From positions 22,196,001-22,260,000 of the forward strand of contig NC_082712.1 of assembly GCF_030144855.1 (NCBI RefSeq): a DNA stretch of 64,000 nucleotides. The letters run 5' to 3'. The position numbers and the translations under genes were made by a program. Below, piece after piece: positions 48,217 to 60,397 of this stretch. Under the pieces are notes generated by a model that saw only the letters and a program-made list of their open reading frames with translations, ran no database searches and was not told the DNA's origin. The number at the start of each line of letters is the position of its first letter. Within the stretch, counting starts at the first letter, position 1. This DNA comes from Hypanus sabinus. Lineage: Eukaryota.

Positions 48217-51200
48217 TGGAATTGGCATGCTCATACTGCACTATGCCAAATAATGGAAAAAAGTGGGGAGAAAAGAGTTGAATGCAAACCTATTTTCTGA
48301 GAAACAGACTGTGTAAGGGAATCATAAGTACTGTTGTGTCATAAATATAATTCAATTTCAGTGTAATCAACAACCTCATATAGCTGCAGGCTTTAAGCCA
48401 GTGCTTTTGGGACATATGCCACATAGGGTATGGGATAATGTGATGTGTGTAGTGTATATCAATTAGAAAAGCCTTTTGTCTAACTATCATAGAGTCTTAT
48501 GTGTTATATAACACAGAAACAGGCCCATTGGCTCACCAAGTCCACACCAACCAGCCATTTATACTACTCCTACATTAATCACCAAGCAACAAACAGTCTG
48601 CTGGAGGACCTCTTCTATGAGGCAGAATAATAGTTTGGCATGGACTAAACGGGTTGAGGGGCCTGTTTCAGTGTAGTAGAGCTCTATGACCTCAGCGGGT
48701 TGAGCAGCATCATTCGTGGGGAGGGGGGTTGGTGCAGGTTAGGAAATGTTTACTTTTCATCTCAAAACCCTGTTTCTGGCCTGAGGAGAGAGACAGTGTA
48801 AAGAAGGAGATGAGGAACAGTCAGGTAGAGGTTGGAGGTGATTATAGACTGGGAGGGGGAAGGGGTGTAGAAGGATGAGAGGCAAATAGAGCCAGGCAAG
48901 GGGGGGGGGGGGGGAGAAGTGGAGCTGGGAGACCAGAAAGATGGAGATAGACAAAAGATGAAGGCAAGAGTCAGTGGGGAGGGTGAAGGGAGAGAAAGTT
49001 GCTAGAGGAAAATAAGCAGGAACACAAAGGGCTACCAGTGCTGGAATCCAATAGGTAAAGGCTGTGATAATGGGAACCATTAGAGGAGAGGCCAATGGCA
49101 GAATAAACCAGGGTCAGATTGGTGAGGGAAGAGACAATGGGTGACATATGTGCTAGCAAATGGGTGGAACTGGACCATGAGGAGAAAGGAGACATATGAG
49201 GGGTGGAGGTTGAAAAGGGACAGAAACAGGAAGAATGGAGGAGGATAGAAAGAGGGGGAAGAAGAGGAGGGAGGGAGGGAGAGGTGGAGAGAGAGAAAGA
49301 GAAAGTGATTATGCAAAATGAATGGAAGATCAAAAGAATCATTTGTGACTATATGAAACAAAAACAAGAACCCTAAAATCATGTGTGTGGAAATCTGAAT
49401 GAAGCAAACCACTTATACATAGTAGATTAATATTCAAGTTCAAGTTCAGTTATCATTCAACCATCATGAACACCCATGAGTACAGGCAAATGAAATGAAT
49501 TACTCCAGGGCCAAGTTGCAAAACACAGTACTGCAGTCCTGATGAAGGGTTTAGGACTGAAACATTTAATGTTTATTCCTTTCCATAGATACTTTTTGGC
49601 TGCCGAGCTCCTCCAGCATTTTCTGTGTGTTGCTTAGATTTCTAGCATCTGCAGATTTTCATGTGTTCATGATCAACTGTATTTTACAGCATGTATAAGA
49701 AAGTAAAATGCAGTAATACTCAAAAAAGTATAGTCTATGTCCCTGAGTCCATGAATGTTGCAGCAGTCTGCTGTTGAACACAAGGCCTCTTGTCTTCTGC
49801 TGAGCAAACACTGGAGAGCAGTATTGCTGCTGCACCGCACTGCCTTTGCACCCTGCCAGAGTGCACTAACTCTGGCCCCTGTCCTCCGAGCAGCTGCAGA
49901 CAGATGACATTGTGGTTTGATGCCCAGTGCTCACCTCGATCGAGGCCAAGCAGCTCCCCCACTGTCTTCCCCAGCTGTTCACCAATCAAAAAGTGAATCG
50001 GGCTTACAGTAATGTCCAACAGGGTCTTGCAATCACAAGAGAAGCAAGTAAGACAATCACTTGCTGTTGACTGTACACTGCCTGCTTGCACCAATGCCTC
50101 CCTGACACAGGCAGCCACAAGATCTGCACCAAATCCAGCTCCTTCTGTTTCTCCGCCAATGGGCAACTCACTGATGGGGGTGGATCTGCAGTACTTTAAG
50201 TTCTTAATGTCCAGCAGGCTCTTGTGATTGGAACAAATATGCTTCAAAAAGACAATAACACCTTTGATTGGCCCCGTAGAAGCTGCTGTGTCTGAGCACG
50301 CCAATATCCTACCACAAGTTGTTTCAGCTAGAATCACTTCCATGATGCACCTGCACTGATAATATAAGTACATAGTTCTACTTACTACTTACTATTTAAG
50401 GAGAATATAGTGACCATTGAAAGGGCCAAGATTATAACAAAAAAATGTGTTTAAAGGATGAGAGGGATTGGTTCAGGGAGACAAATCATGTAAATTAAGC
50501 TGAACAATTGGTAAGAGAAGGATCAAAGGCCTCAGTTTTAAGATTCACGTGCAAACAATTAATGTCAGAAGCAAAATATTGCAGGTGCTAGAAATCCAGA
50601 ATAAAAATTGTACTACCAGAAAATGCTCAGCAGGTCAGGCAACATACGTTAATGGAGATGAGAGAGCCAGAATAAGATTTGGTTCTGAAGAAAGATCATT
50701 AGCCTGCTATGTCAACTCTGTTTCTCTCCTCACAGATGCTGACTGACTTGGTGAGCATTTCCATCTGAATAATGTTTAAAAGTCACTAACAGTAGCCATC
50801 AATAGTATTGTGGAGGAGGAGAATGGGACAGAGAGGGATAATAAATCAGCCATGATCAAATGGCAGAACAGTTTCAGTGCCCTGAGTGGCCTAGTTCTGC
50901 TCCTATGTCTTATGGTCTTCCAGTAGGCTTTTGGAATTTGAGCCTTTAGGCCTTCTCAAGACCCAAGTGGCAGGATACCACTTAGGTGCAGAAAGTTATG
51001 CCATCCAGTACTCTAGAAAAGATGAGGACAAGGTCTCAATGAATCTGGCCAGCAGCTGGTTCCAGGTAACCTGATCCATTAACATTGTTTCATTCTCCAT
51101 GGATGACACCAGACTTAAGTTTTTCTGATATTTTTTGTTACTTTCTTTTCTCAGATCAGCCTCATGAAGGTACATCTTCCAGTCCAGAGGAAGGGTGTCA

Positions 51201-52398
51201 ATCTGAAATACTGACTATTTCCTTCCACAGATGCTGTTGAGTTCCTCCAGCATTTTGGGGGTTGCTCCAGTTTACCAGCATCTATCTGTCTAGTGTCTGC
51301 AACTTCAGTAGTCCCAGTGGCTGTTGGGAAATGGTCCTGGCAACTGGGGAGGGGTATTTGCAAAGAAAGATCAAGATCAATACAAGATCATTCAGGCTCA
51401 ACTATAGTGGAGGCCAATTCTACCAGCCCAGCCCTTGCAGCTAATATGGCAGAAAGAAGCTCACTAATATTAGAAATAATATGAGTAATTACTTAATGCG
51501 TCACTCACTCTGTGCTACCAAGTTATTTTTAACCTAGTGGCTATGCCTGTTCTGCGAGTGTTTCCAAAACAGATTGTGGAGTCCTGTGGCGTTAAGTTGG
51601 ATGAAGTTCACTCAAGCATTCATCGAATCTTACAGTGCACTGGCACACAGTCCTTAGTTACAGCTTATTAAGATGGCTTTTCTTTCAATTGGTCAGGCTG
51701 GGTTGATTTAAAGGTGCCCTTAACCTGGTTAGTCTGAGAGTGTTTGCAGGATTTGCTCATTTCCAGCACCATGCACAATGATAACCTTCCCCACTACAGA
51801 TTTGTATGTTATAGCCAAAAGGCTTGTTTTGTTTTTTTGTAAAAACAGACAGATAACAAGGTCAGATGTCTAAATTAAGAAGCCATAGGCAGTACTTGTT
51901 ATTGAGCACTTCTCTGGATTATTTTAAAAGCAGTGAAAAATCTCAGCAATTAATTTATTGGTCATGTTCTTTCCTTAGCCTTCACTAAGTGACAATGTTT
52001 TTATCTTAGAGGAACATGGGATAATTCTCATCCTTAATAACTGATTATGGCCTGGAAACTCCTTAGTGCCTGTGAGAGGTGCGATTACGGAAATTGCACG
52101 GCAGGGCCTTGGCTATTTGAGAACATAGATCCATACAACACCGAAGCTTTTCAGTCCATGATGTTATGCTAGTCTTTTAACCTACTCCAAGATCAACCTA
52201 ACACTTTGCTCCCACATAACCCTCCAGATTTTCTGAGCACGTGCAATGCCACTTGAACCTGACAATTTCATAAAATACCTCTTAACACTGGATTGTGCTT
52301 TATCTCTCTGGTGAGTTAGTCTTAGTATAAGCCAACCATGCCTGCTTTGTTTCTTTGCTCTTATCCTTCACTTCTTCTCTCTTTCTCTTACAGTAGAA

Positions 52399-52478
52399 CA
52401 GCGGTTCCCAACCTTTTTTTTATGCCATGGACCCCTCCCATTATTGAAGGACCATGGATCCCAGGTTGGGAATCCCTG
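52399..52478. mobile_element. 80 bp hAT MITE, second copy
   Basis: cagcggttcccaacc..ggttgggaatccctg; imperfect 8 bp TSD cagtagaa/cagtacag. A third decayed copy lies at about 29700-29779. Confidence 0.8.
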
Positions 52479-53436
52479 CAGTACAGTGAGTCGGTTGCCA
52501 TTTTTTTTCCCGTTTTATTGTTACAAACACCTAATAAAACAGCTATAGTTACGTTTTATGCCCCATTCTTGACTTCCAAGGAACCACGGGATCCAAATAA
52601 GCAGACCCACAGGGGACATTGCTCAGCTGGGTTCCCAGCAATGGACTGGATCCTGCTCTAGCAGGTCCTCCTTAAGTCAAGCAGAAGCAGGTTCTTCCGG
52701 CAACCTTTGACCTCCTTCATCAGGATTGGCCTGTTGAAAACTCAGAGTGGGGTCCACGCAATCATTATATATCGCTGGACGTCTTGGTAAGAGACCTGTG
52801 ACCTTTGTTCATTTTGTGATGAACACACGAAGAAACCCAGGACAAAAATCCTGTTCTTTACGATCATTAACATAGAATAGAATCAGGTTTAATATCATTG
52901 GCTTATCTTGTTTGCTGCAGCAGTACAGTGCCCAATAGTAGAGCGTCATAATTTAAAACAATAATCAGATGCATTTACGTAGAGCCTTTAACACAGCTAA
53001 AAGCACATGGAGGGGAAAAAATGGCATCTTGCACCAGAGGGAATATGAGAATAGGTGAGGGGAAATTTGGTTAAGGAGGTAGTTTCAAGGAGCACCTTAA
53101 AGGAAGAAACAGAGATGGTAGAGTTCATCAAAGGGATTCCAGAGTTCAGGGATGTGCAGCTAATAGTGGAATGATGAAAAGTTAAGAGCACAAAGCAATC
53201 TTTTAGAGGAACTCAGATGGTCAGGCAGCATCTGTGGAGGCAGACAGATAGTTAATGATTCATGGGTGAGACACTGCATCAGAATCTTGGGCTGAACCGT
53301 CTCCCATTCACAGTTGCTGCCTAACCAGCTGAGTCCCTCCAGAGGTGTTGCTTTTCCCCAGATTCCAGCATGTGCATTTTCTTGAGTCTCCTGATTTAAA
53401 AAAAAGGCTAGAAATAAGAGCTAGAAAAAGGCTAGA

Positions 53437-54043
53437 AATTTGAGTATAAGTGTTGGAACATTATGGTGAGGTTGTATAAGACAATGGTGAGGCCGAATTT
53501 GGAGTATTGTGTGCAGTTTTGGTCACCTAATTACAGGAAGGATATTAATAAGGACGAAAGAGTGCAGAGAAGGTTTACAAGGATGTTGCCGGGACTTAAG
53601 AAACTGAGTTACAGAGAAAGGTTGAATAGGTTAGGACTTTATTCGCTGGAGCGTAGAAGAATGAGGGGAGATTTGATAGAGGTGTATAAAATTATGATGG
53701 GTATAGATAGAGTGAATGCAAGCAGGCTTTTTCCACTGAGGTTAGGGGAGGAAAAAAAAACAGAGGACATGGGTTAAGGGTGAAGGGGGAAAAGTTTAAA
53801 GGGAACATTAGAGGGGGTTTCTTCACACAGAGAGTGGTGGGAGTGTGGAATGAGCCGCCAGATGAAGTGATCAATGCAGGCTCACTTTTAACATTTAAGA
53901 AAAACTTGGACAGGTACATGGATGAGAGGTGTATGGAGGTTTATGTTCCAGGTGCAGGTCAGTGGGACTATGCAGAAAAATAGATCGGCACAGCCAAGAA
54001 GGGCCAAAGGGCCCGTTTCTGTGCTGTAATGTTCTATGGTTCT
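53437..54043 (+). mobile_element. CR1 3' end, well preserved
   Basis: ORF 53463-53777 RPNLEYCVQFWSP..ERVQRRFTRM..LERRRMRGDLIEVYKI; tail gttctatggttcta. Confidence 0.92.
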
Positions 54044-56004
54044 AAATGGTGGAGAAGCCAGAAACTATGAGGGTTGTAAGGCTAGGGGATATCTTGCCGA
54101 GGTTGCAGAGATCTGAATGGGGTTTAACACAGAATGCTACTGCACAGTATAGACCTTTTGGCCCATAATGCTGTGTTGACTGCTTAACCTTCTCTAAGAT
54201 CAATTTAACCCTTCCCTCTGACATTGCCCTCCATTTGTTTAATCATCCATGTGCCCTATCTAAGAATTTCTTAACTGTCCCTAATGTATCTGCCTTTATC
54301 ACCACCCCTGGCAGGGGATTCCATGTACCCAGCATTCTCTGTGTAAAAAAATTTACCACTGACTTCCCCCCTATACTTTCCTTCAGTCATCTCAAAATTG
54401 CTCCCACCTCCTTGGGAAAATGTCTCCATTTATACCTCTTATCATCTTGTAGAGCTCCATCAAGTCACCTCTCATCTTCCTTTGCTCCTTAGAGAAATGC
54501 CCGAGCTCACTCAACCGATCCTCATTAGACAGTAGATGACATAAAAGATCCAGAACATCCGGGACATGTCCTCTTCTGACTTCCACCATCGAGAAGGAGG
54601 AAGGCCCACACACTCAATGTTTCCGAAACAGGCCATCTCATTTAGGGATGGCCCAAGAACACATGAATTTAACTTGTTAGTCTCTTTATTTGTTCTATTT
54701 ATTTTGTATTGTAATTTATAGTAAATTTATGCCTTTGCTCTGTACTGCTGCCACAAAATTTTAAAAAATCAGGTCTTTTATGTCAGTGATAATGAATGCA
54801 TTGTTATCACAGGGGCCCAGTGCTCAGATGCACATCCTGGGATGGAGAGCTTGTGGTGAGGGAATGAGAATGTACCATACTTGAGGAAAGCAGCATGAAG
54901 CATTGAAAGCCTGTCCACGCCTGCTGAGGTGGATCAAGAGTTGCAGATACTTGGATCCGGGTCTGAGACAGCCTGCACACAGAGTGTGATGCCGACTCCA
55001 ACCCTGTGGTGAGAGTGCCATCTTGCCGAGCCCTGACCATCTGCCAGAAAACAAGCGCACACTTCTGGACTCATGGCTGGAGGCAGTGGCACGACTCACT
55101 GACCATCACCCACCGGTCCTCGGCACCTGATGACCTGCAGAGACGTGGTACCTTAATGTGAAACACCTTCTGTTGAACTGCCATTGCAAATGAGCCGAAG
55201 CAATTGAACGGGCTGGAGTGCAACCAGCATCCTGTTCCCAATTCCTGCTCCCCTCTGGTCTCTACCACTTAATTACCATTTTTAGTTCAAAAGGGGGCAA
55301 TATGAAGGTGCTTGAACCAGCATGAAGGTAAACCACAGGGATAAGCCCTTGGGCCAATGATGTCTGTGCCGAACCTAATGCCAAATTAAACAAAATCCCT
55401 TCTCTGTGCACATGATCCTCCATTCCCTGTAAATTAACACGACTACCTAATAACCTCTTAAACACCACTGCCACATCTACCTCCACTACCTTTTCTGGCA
55501 GCTCATTCCAGGCACCAAACACTCTCTGTTCAAAAGACTCGCTCCCCACATCTCCAACAACAGCTTCTATCCTGTTGTTATCAATCTCTTCAAAGGACCT
55601 TTTGTAAAATAAGATGGATTCTTAACCTCACAATCTTCCTTGTTTTAATTGTTCAGCTGCACTGCACTTTCTCTGTAGCTGTTACATTTTATTCTGCAGT
55701 ATTATTGTTTTACCTTGTTCTACCGCAATGCACTGTAGAATGAATTGATCTGTATGAACAGAACACAAGACGAGCCTTTCACTGTATCTCAGTACACGTG
55801 ACAATAATAAACCAATATCAATATCGGAAACTTTACCCCTCCCCCCACCTTAAAAGCACATCCTCTCCTATTTGACACTGGAAATTAAAGATTCTGACCG
55901 TCTCTCTGACTTATGCCTTTCATAATATTATAACCATATCAGGTGTTCCCTCAGTCTCCGATGCCCCAGCGGAATATTTTCTGTCCAACCTCTCCTTGTA
56001 GCTT

Positions 56005-56500
56005 ACAGTTTTAGGCACATATATATAGCTAGGGTGCCCAAGACTTGCACAGTACTGTAGTAATATTATCCATTGCACTGCACTGCTGCCTCAGAAAAAG
56101 AACAAAATTCATGACATATGTGAGTGATGATAAACCTGATTCTGATATGGGTCTCTATTGTGGACTGAGAGTGAAAGGGGGCAGGGAGAAGGGAATTGTA
56201 GTTGGGAAAGGGGGAAGGGAGAGGGGAGGGAGTGGGAATCACCACAATTGTTTTGAATCAAATGATCTTGCCTGGTGTCTCGGGGCTGGGTGTGTCTGCA
56301 CGTGTGTCACCTCATCCAGCCTCTGGCACTTCTTCTCTGCCACCTCTCCCATACCCCTCCCACACGCTTCACCCTTGCCATTCCCAACATCCTTTGCTCC
56401 CATCAGATTTACAAACTCGCTCTCCCCCCCCATGATGGCTACAGAGTACTGTGCAAAAGACTTAGGCACCCTTGCTATACATATCTAGTTGACCAAGACA
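56005..56500 (+). mobile_element. Composite Tc1/mariner-like non-autonomous element
   Basis: ttaggcacatatatatagctagggtgcccaagacttgcacagtactg at the left, agtactgtgcaaaagacttaggcacccttgctatacatat at the right. Confidence 0.7.
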
Positions 56501-57644
56501 GTGCTGTACATCAGCCAATTAACTTACAAGTGCATCCTTGAGGCATGGTAGGAAATTAGAGCACCTGGAGGAAACCCACATGGTCACGTATAAACTCCAC
56601 ATAGACGACATCTGAGGCCAGGATTGAACCTGGTTCCTGGGGCTGTCTGACGACAGCACTAATTGCTGCACCACTGGGCTACCTTCTGAATATCACAGGC
56701 ATAAATAGCATGGTGGGTTTTGCACCCCGTTCTTTTTGTGACAGCTCTTAGAAAGTCACAGCCAGTGAGATCTTGCCCAAATTCTAAGTGTGCTAGACGG
56801 CAGTGTAATAATCTACGAAGTCTGGAGTGGGAGGAGCTAAAGATGGTGCCGGAGGACTTTGTGGATTTAGGTGACTTCTTCCAGTTCTAAATCCGGCTTA
56901 GGTCTCCTGTTCTCATATCTGTTTCTTTCATTTTCAAGGTGACTGGAGTCCATGGTCTACGGCTGTGCGCAAACTACATTCTCCACAGAGGGACGGGGAG
57001 GGTTCTCGCTCTTCGGAACTCGGTGAGCGGCCTTGCGCTTCGAGGTCTCCAGGAGAGGCTTGGAAGATGTAGACCTTCAGGGTGCAGCCCTGTGGATGAT
57101 CTGGTACCTTGCCAAAGTCGCCCACTGTAGCGCTGCAGGAGATTGAAACGGCGAGACAATGGGCGCAGTTGTTGGAGGGTACTGTACTCGAGCGATCTCT
57201 CTCTCTCTCTCAATAGTGAGTAAGGGTCTGTTATCTCAGAGCTGGGGGAGCTCAAATAAGCAACGCTGCAGATTGCAGCATTGAAACAGTGAGCTCTGGC
57301 CTCCCCTCTCACTGTGGCAGCAGCTATATCTCTGTCTTCTTCGCTAGTGAGAGACAGAGCATGTCGGGATGTACTGTAGCTTTTGATGGACTCTTGATCA
57401 TGGTCTCTGGTTGCTTGCTATTGTTTGCATGGTGGTTGGGGGTGGCTGATGCTTTTGGTGAATCAAGAGGGGGAGTTTTGATGCTTTTGCTGTTGCTTGT
57501 GTGTGGGAGGGGTCTTTGGGGCTCTAATAGTTTTTCTGTCATTCATTCTTAGGTTTTTATTATTTTTGTTTCGTGGATGTCTGCGAAGAGTAAGGATTTC
57601 AGGTTATGTACTGGATACATTCTCTGATATTAAATTGAATCATT

Positions 57645-58640
57645 GAAAACACAAGGGAATGAGGATGCTGAAATCTTGAGCTACAAACTATCTGCCGGAG
57701 GAACGCAGAGGATCAAGCTGCATTTGTGAGGTTTGGAGGGAAAGAATAGTCGATGTTTCAGTCAAAGCACTGATCCAGAACTGAAAGTAGGAGAGGAAAG
57801 AGCCCGTGAAAGGAGAGGAGAAATGGTAAAGCAAGGGCCAGTAGAGATAATAGTGATAGTGGTTAGAAGAGGGGTGAAAGACGATAGGCAAGTGGAGCCA
57901 GGTAGGGGAGGGGAGGGGAGAAATTAAGATGGGAGACAGAGGCAGGTGGCTGATAGATGAAGGCAGGCAAGAAGAAAGACAGATGAATCCAAGTCGTTGA
58001 AGGTGGAAGCAGCTGGGAAGGTGATAAACAGGAACATAAAGGCTGCAAGTGTTGAATCCAATAAGGAAGGTGGTACTGGAATCCATTATGGGAAAGGAAG
58101 GCAGATGCTTCCATGCGGCAGGGAGATGGGTCCTGTGGGTAAAATGTATGGGAAGTAGGTGGATGGAATCAGAAGGGGATAAGGATGAAAATGTGTGATG
58201 GGAGGGGGAGGATGGCCCGGGTAGTGTAGGAAAGCAAGCAATGATGGGAGAACCAGAGGCGGTTCAGAAGGACAGAGACAGTTGAAGGGTTGAGGATAGG
58301 GAGCACATTGCCAAACCAATGTTTGTACCACTGGATTGTATGCTACCCAAGGAATATGAGGCATTGTTCCTCTCATTTGAATTGTCGCTCACCTTGCAAC
58401 GGGAAAAGCTGATGGGGAGGTCAGTGTTAAAGTGGGAAGAAGAGCTGAAATATAATGCAACCAAGACCAGGGGATGGGCATTTAGGAGGGAGCACAGGTT
58501 CCAACTCTGCAAATCCATTGCTTGATCTGTGATTGGTCTTGCCAATATAGAGGAGGCCACATCATGAGCACTGGATGCAGTAGATGAGTTTGGCAGAGGT
58601 GCACGTGAATCTATACCTCACCTGGATGGGCTACTCAGAA
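57645..58640 (-). mobile_element. Penelope-like 3' fragment (older)
   Basis: Reverse strand: decayed YCIQCS..LLYIG (about 58540-58585), purine tract, pLTR unit at 57645-57783. Confidence 0.7.
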
Positions 58641-59189
58641 CACTGGATTATAGAAAGGGAGAAGATTTAGAGACATATGTAGAACTTCCTGTGGTATTGA
58701 GGGTTGGAAGTTGAGAGGAATGAGCAGACTATTCCCTCTGGTTGTATACACTCAAGCTCAAGTTGTGTAATGATTAGATACCACTGATGGTCATTTTCAG
58801 GTGTAACTATATCCATTGAGTACTTGGTCCAGGCACATCTATGTACCATTACCTTTGCCTTTCTGATATTTCAGCATAGGTCATGTAATGGATAATGTCA
58901 CAGATCACAGAATAGATATTTCCTCACTTATGACCATAAATTGGAGGTCTTGGGTACAATCTACAACCACCCACTAAAATAAACAATTACAACCTCTTGA
59001 GATCAGCAACGAGATATCAATTAAAGCTTCTGTACAATGTGCAATTCTGCATAATGTTGCACTAACACGTTGAACCTTTTTCACACCTTAAACCTGCTGA
59101 TCAAGATAATGGATGCTTCTTCAGACTGTAACCTCACCTCAGAACTGCACAATGCAATCCTGTCTCTGTTGAGAGTACCACACATTAAA

Positions 59190-59800
59190 GTCATACAGGG
59201 TCATAAAACATAGAAATAGACCCTTTGGCTCTAGTGGTCTATACTGACCGAGATTCGCATTTAAGTTAGTCTCATTTGCTTGTGACCATATCACCCCAAA
59301 CTAATTTTCTACCCATGTACCTGTCTACTACCTTCTAATTATTGTTAATGTACCTGCCTCAACTACTTCCTCTGGCATCTCATTCCAGATATGGATCACT
59401 CTCTTGGTGAAAAAGTTGCCCCTCATGTTCCTATTAAGTCTCTTTCCTCTCATTTTAAACATGTGGCATCTGTTTCTTGATTCCCCAACCCTGGGTGAAA
59501 AAAGAGACTATTTACCCTATCTTTGGACATCATAATTTTATACACCTCTATAAAAGTTCCTCTTTTTCTCCTATACATCATCAAAAAAGGCCCAAACCTT
59601 TGCAACCTCTCTTCCTAACTCAGACCCTTAAGTCCCAGAACCATCCTTGTAAATCTCCTTTGCACTCTTTTCAGCTTAATGGCATTTTTCCTGCAGCAGG
59701 GTAACCAAAATTGAACAAAATGTTCGAAAGGCATCTTTACTGCCAATGACGCAATTATTTTAGTGTCATTTGCAAACTTATCAACCGGACCTTGTAAATC
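59190..59800 (-). mobile_element. CR1 3' fragment
   Basis: ORF 59615-59851 KFANDTKI..VQFWLP..RVQRRFTRM. Confidence 0.8.
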
Positions 59801-59849
59801 CTCATCCAAATTTTTGATATGGAAGGCCTTGCTGTGATGTCCTGCCAAC

Positions 59850-60397
59850 ATACAGTAGAGGATTCAATTGGACAACCTACAGAAAGCAATGGATACGGCC
59901 CAGTCCATCATCGGTAAAGCCTTCCCCACCACTGAGCACATCCACACGGAGTGCTGTCACAGGAAAACAGCATTCATCATCAAGGACCCACACCATCTAG
60001 GCCATGCTCACCTCTCCCTGCTGCTATCAAGAAGAAGGTACAGAAACCTCAGGACTCACACCATCAGGATCAGGAACAGTCATTACCTTGCAGTCATCAG
60101 GCTCTTAAACCAATAGGGACAACTTCACTCATTCCAAGGTCTCTTCGTCTCATATTCTTGATATTTATTGCTTATTTATTTATGTATATTTATTTATTAT
60201 TATCATCATTATTTTTTTTATTCCCCTCTTTCTTTTTTGTATTTGCAGTTTATTTTGCACATTGGTTGTTGTTCCCCCATTGGGTGTGGTCTTCCATTGG
60301 TTCTAATTTGTTTCTTCTATTTACTGTGATTGCCCAAATGAAGATGAATCTCAGGGTTGTAAATGGATACTTTGAATAGTTTACCTTGAACTTTTGA
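59850..60397 (+). mobile_element. Rex/Babar-type 3' fragment
   Basis: ORF 59868-60116 LQKAMDTAQSIIG..IIKDPHH..RRYRNLRTHT; family tail. Confidence 0.8.

Noticed and set aside
48200-48240. GCTATG|GT resembling the end of gpm6a exon 6 (..IAM)
   Set aside because: Upstream codons read PIPVAM rather than AAVIAM, with no FHLFIV motif.
49735-50373. 212 aa minus-strand ORF in the gpm6a intron
   Set aside because: No proteolipid or other homology recognised; it appears to lie mostly in a GC-rich interspersed repeat.
55121-55170. CTGATGA...GAAAC in non-Penelope sequence
   Set aside because: No stem II closes next to GAAA and no stem I/III pairing is evident; chance match.
59131-59190. Donor-like GAG|GTGAGG after an LMCGTLNRDRIALCSSE reading frame, resembling gpm6a exon 5
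   Set aside because: Cysteine spacing and residues do not fit, there is no acceptor (it abuts a CR1 tail), exon 6 is not found between it and the last exon, and the sequence looks like a SINE relic.
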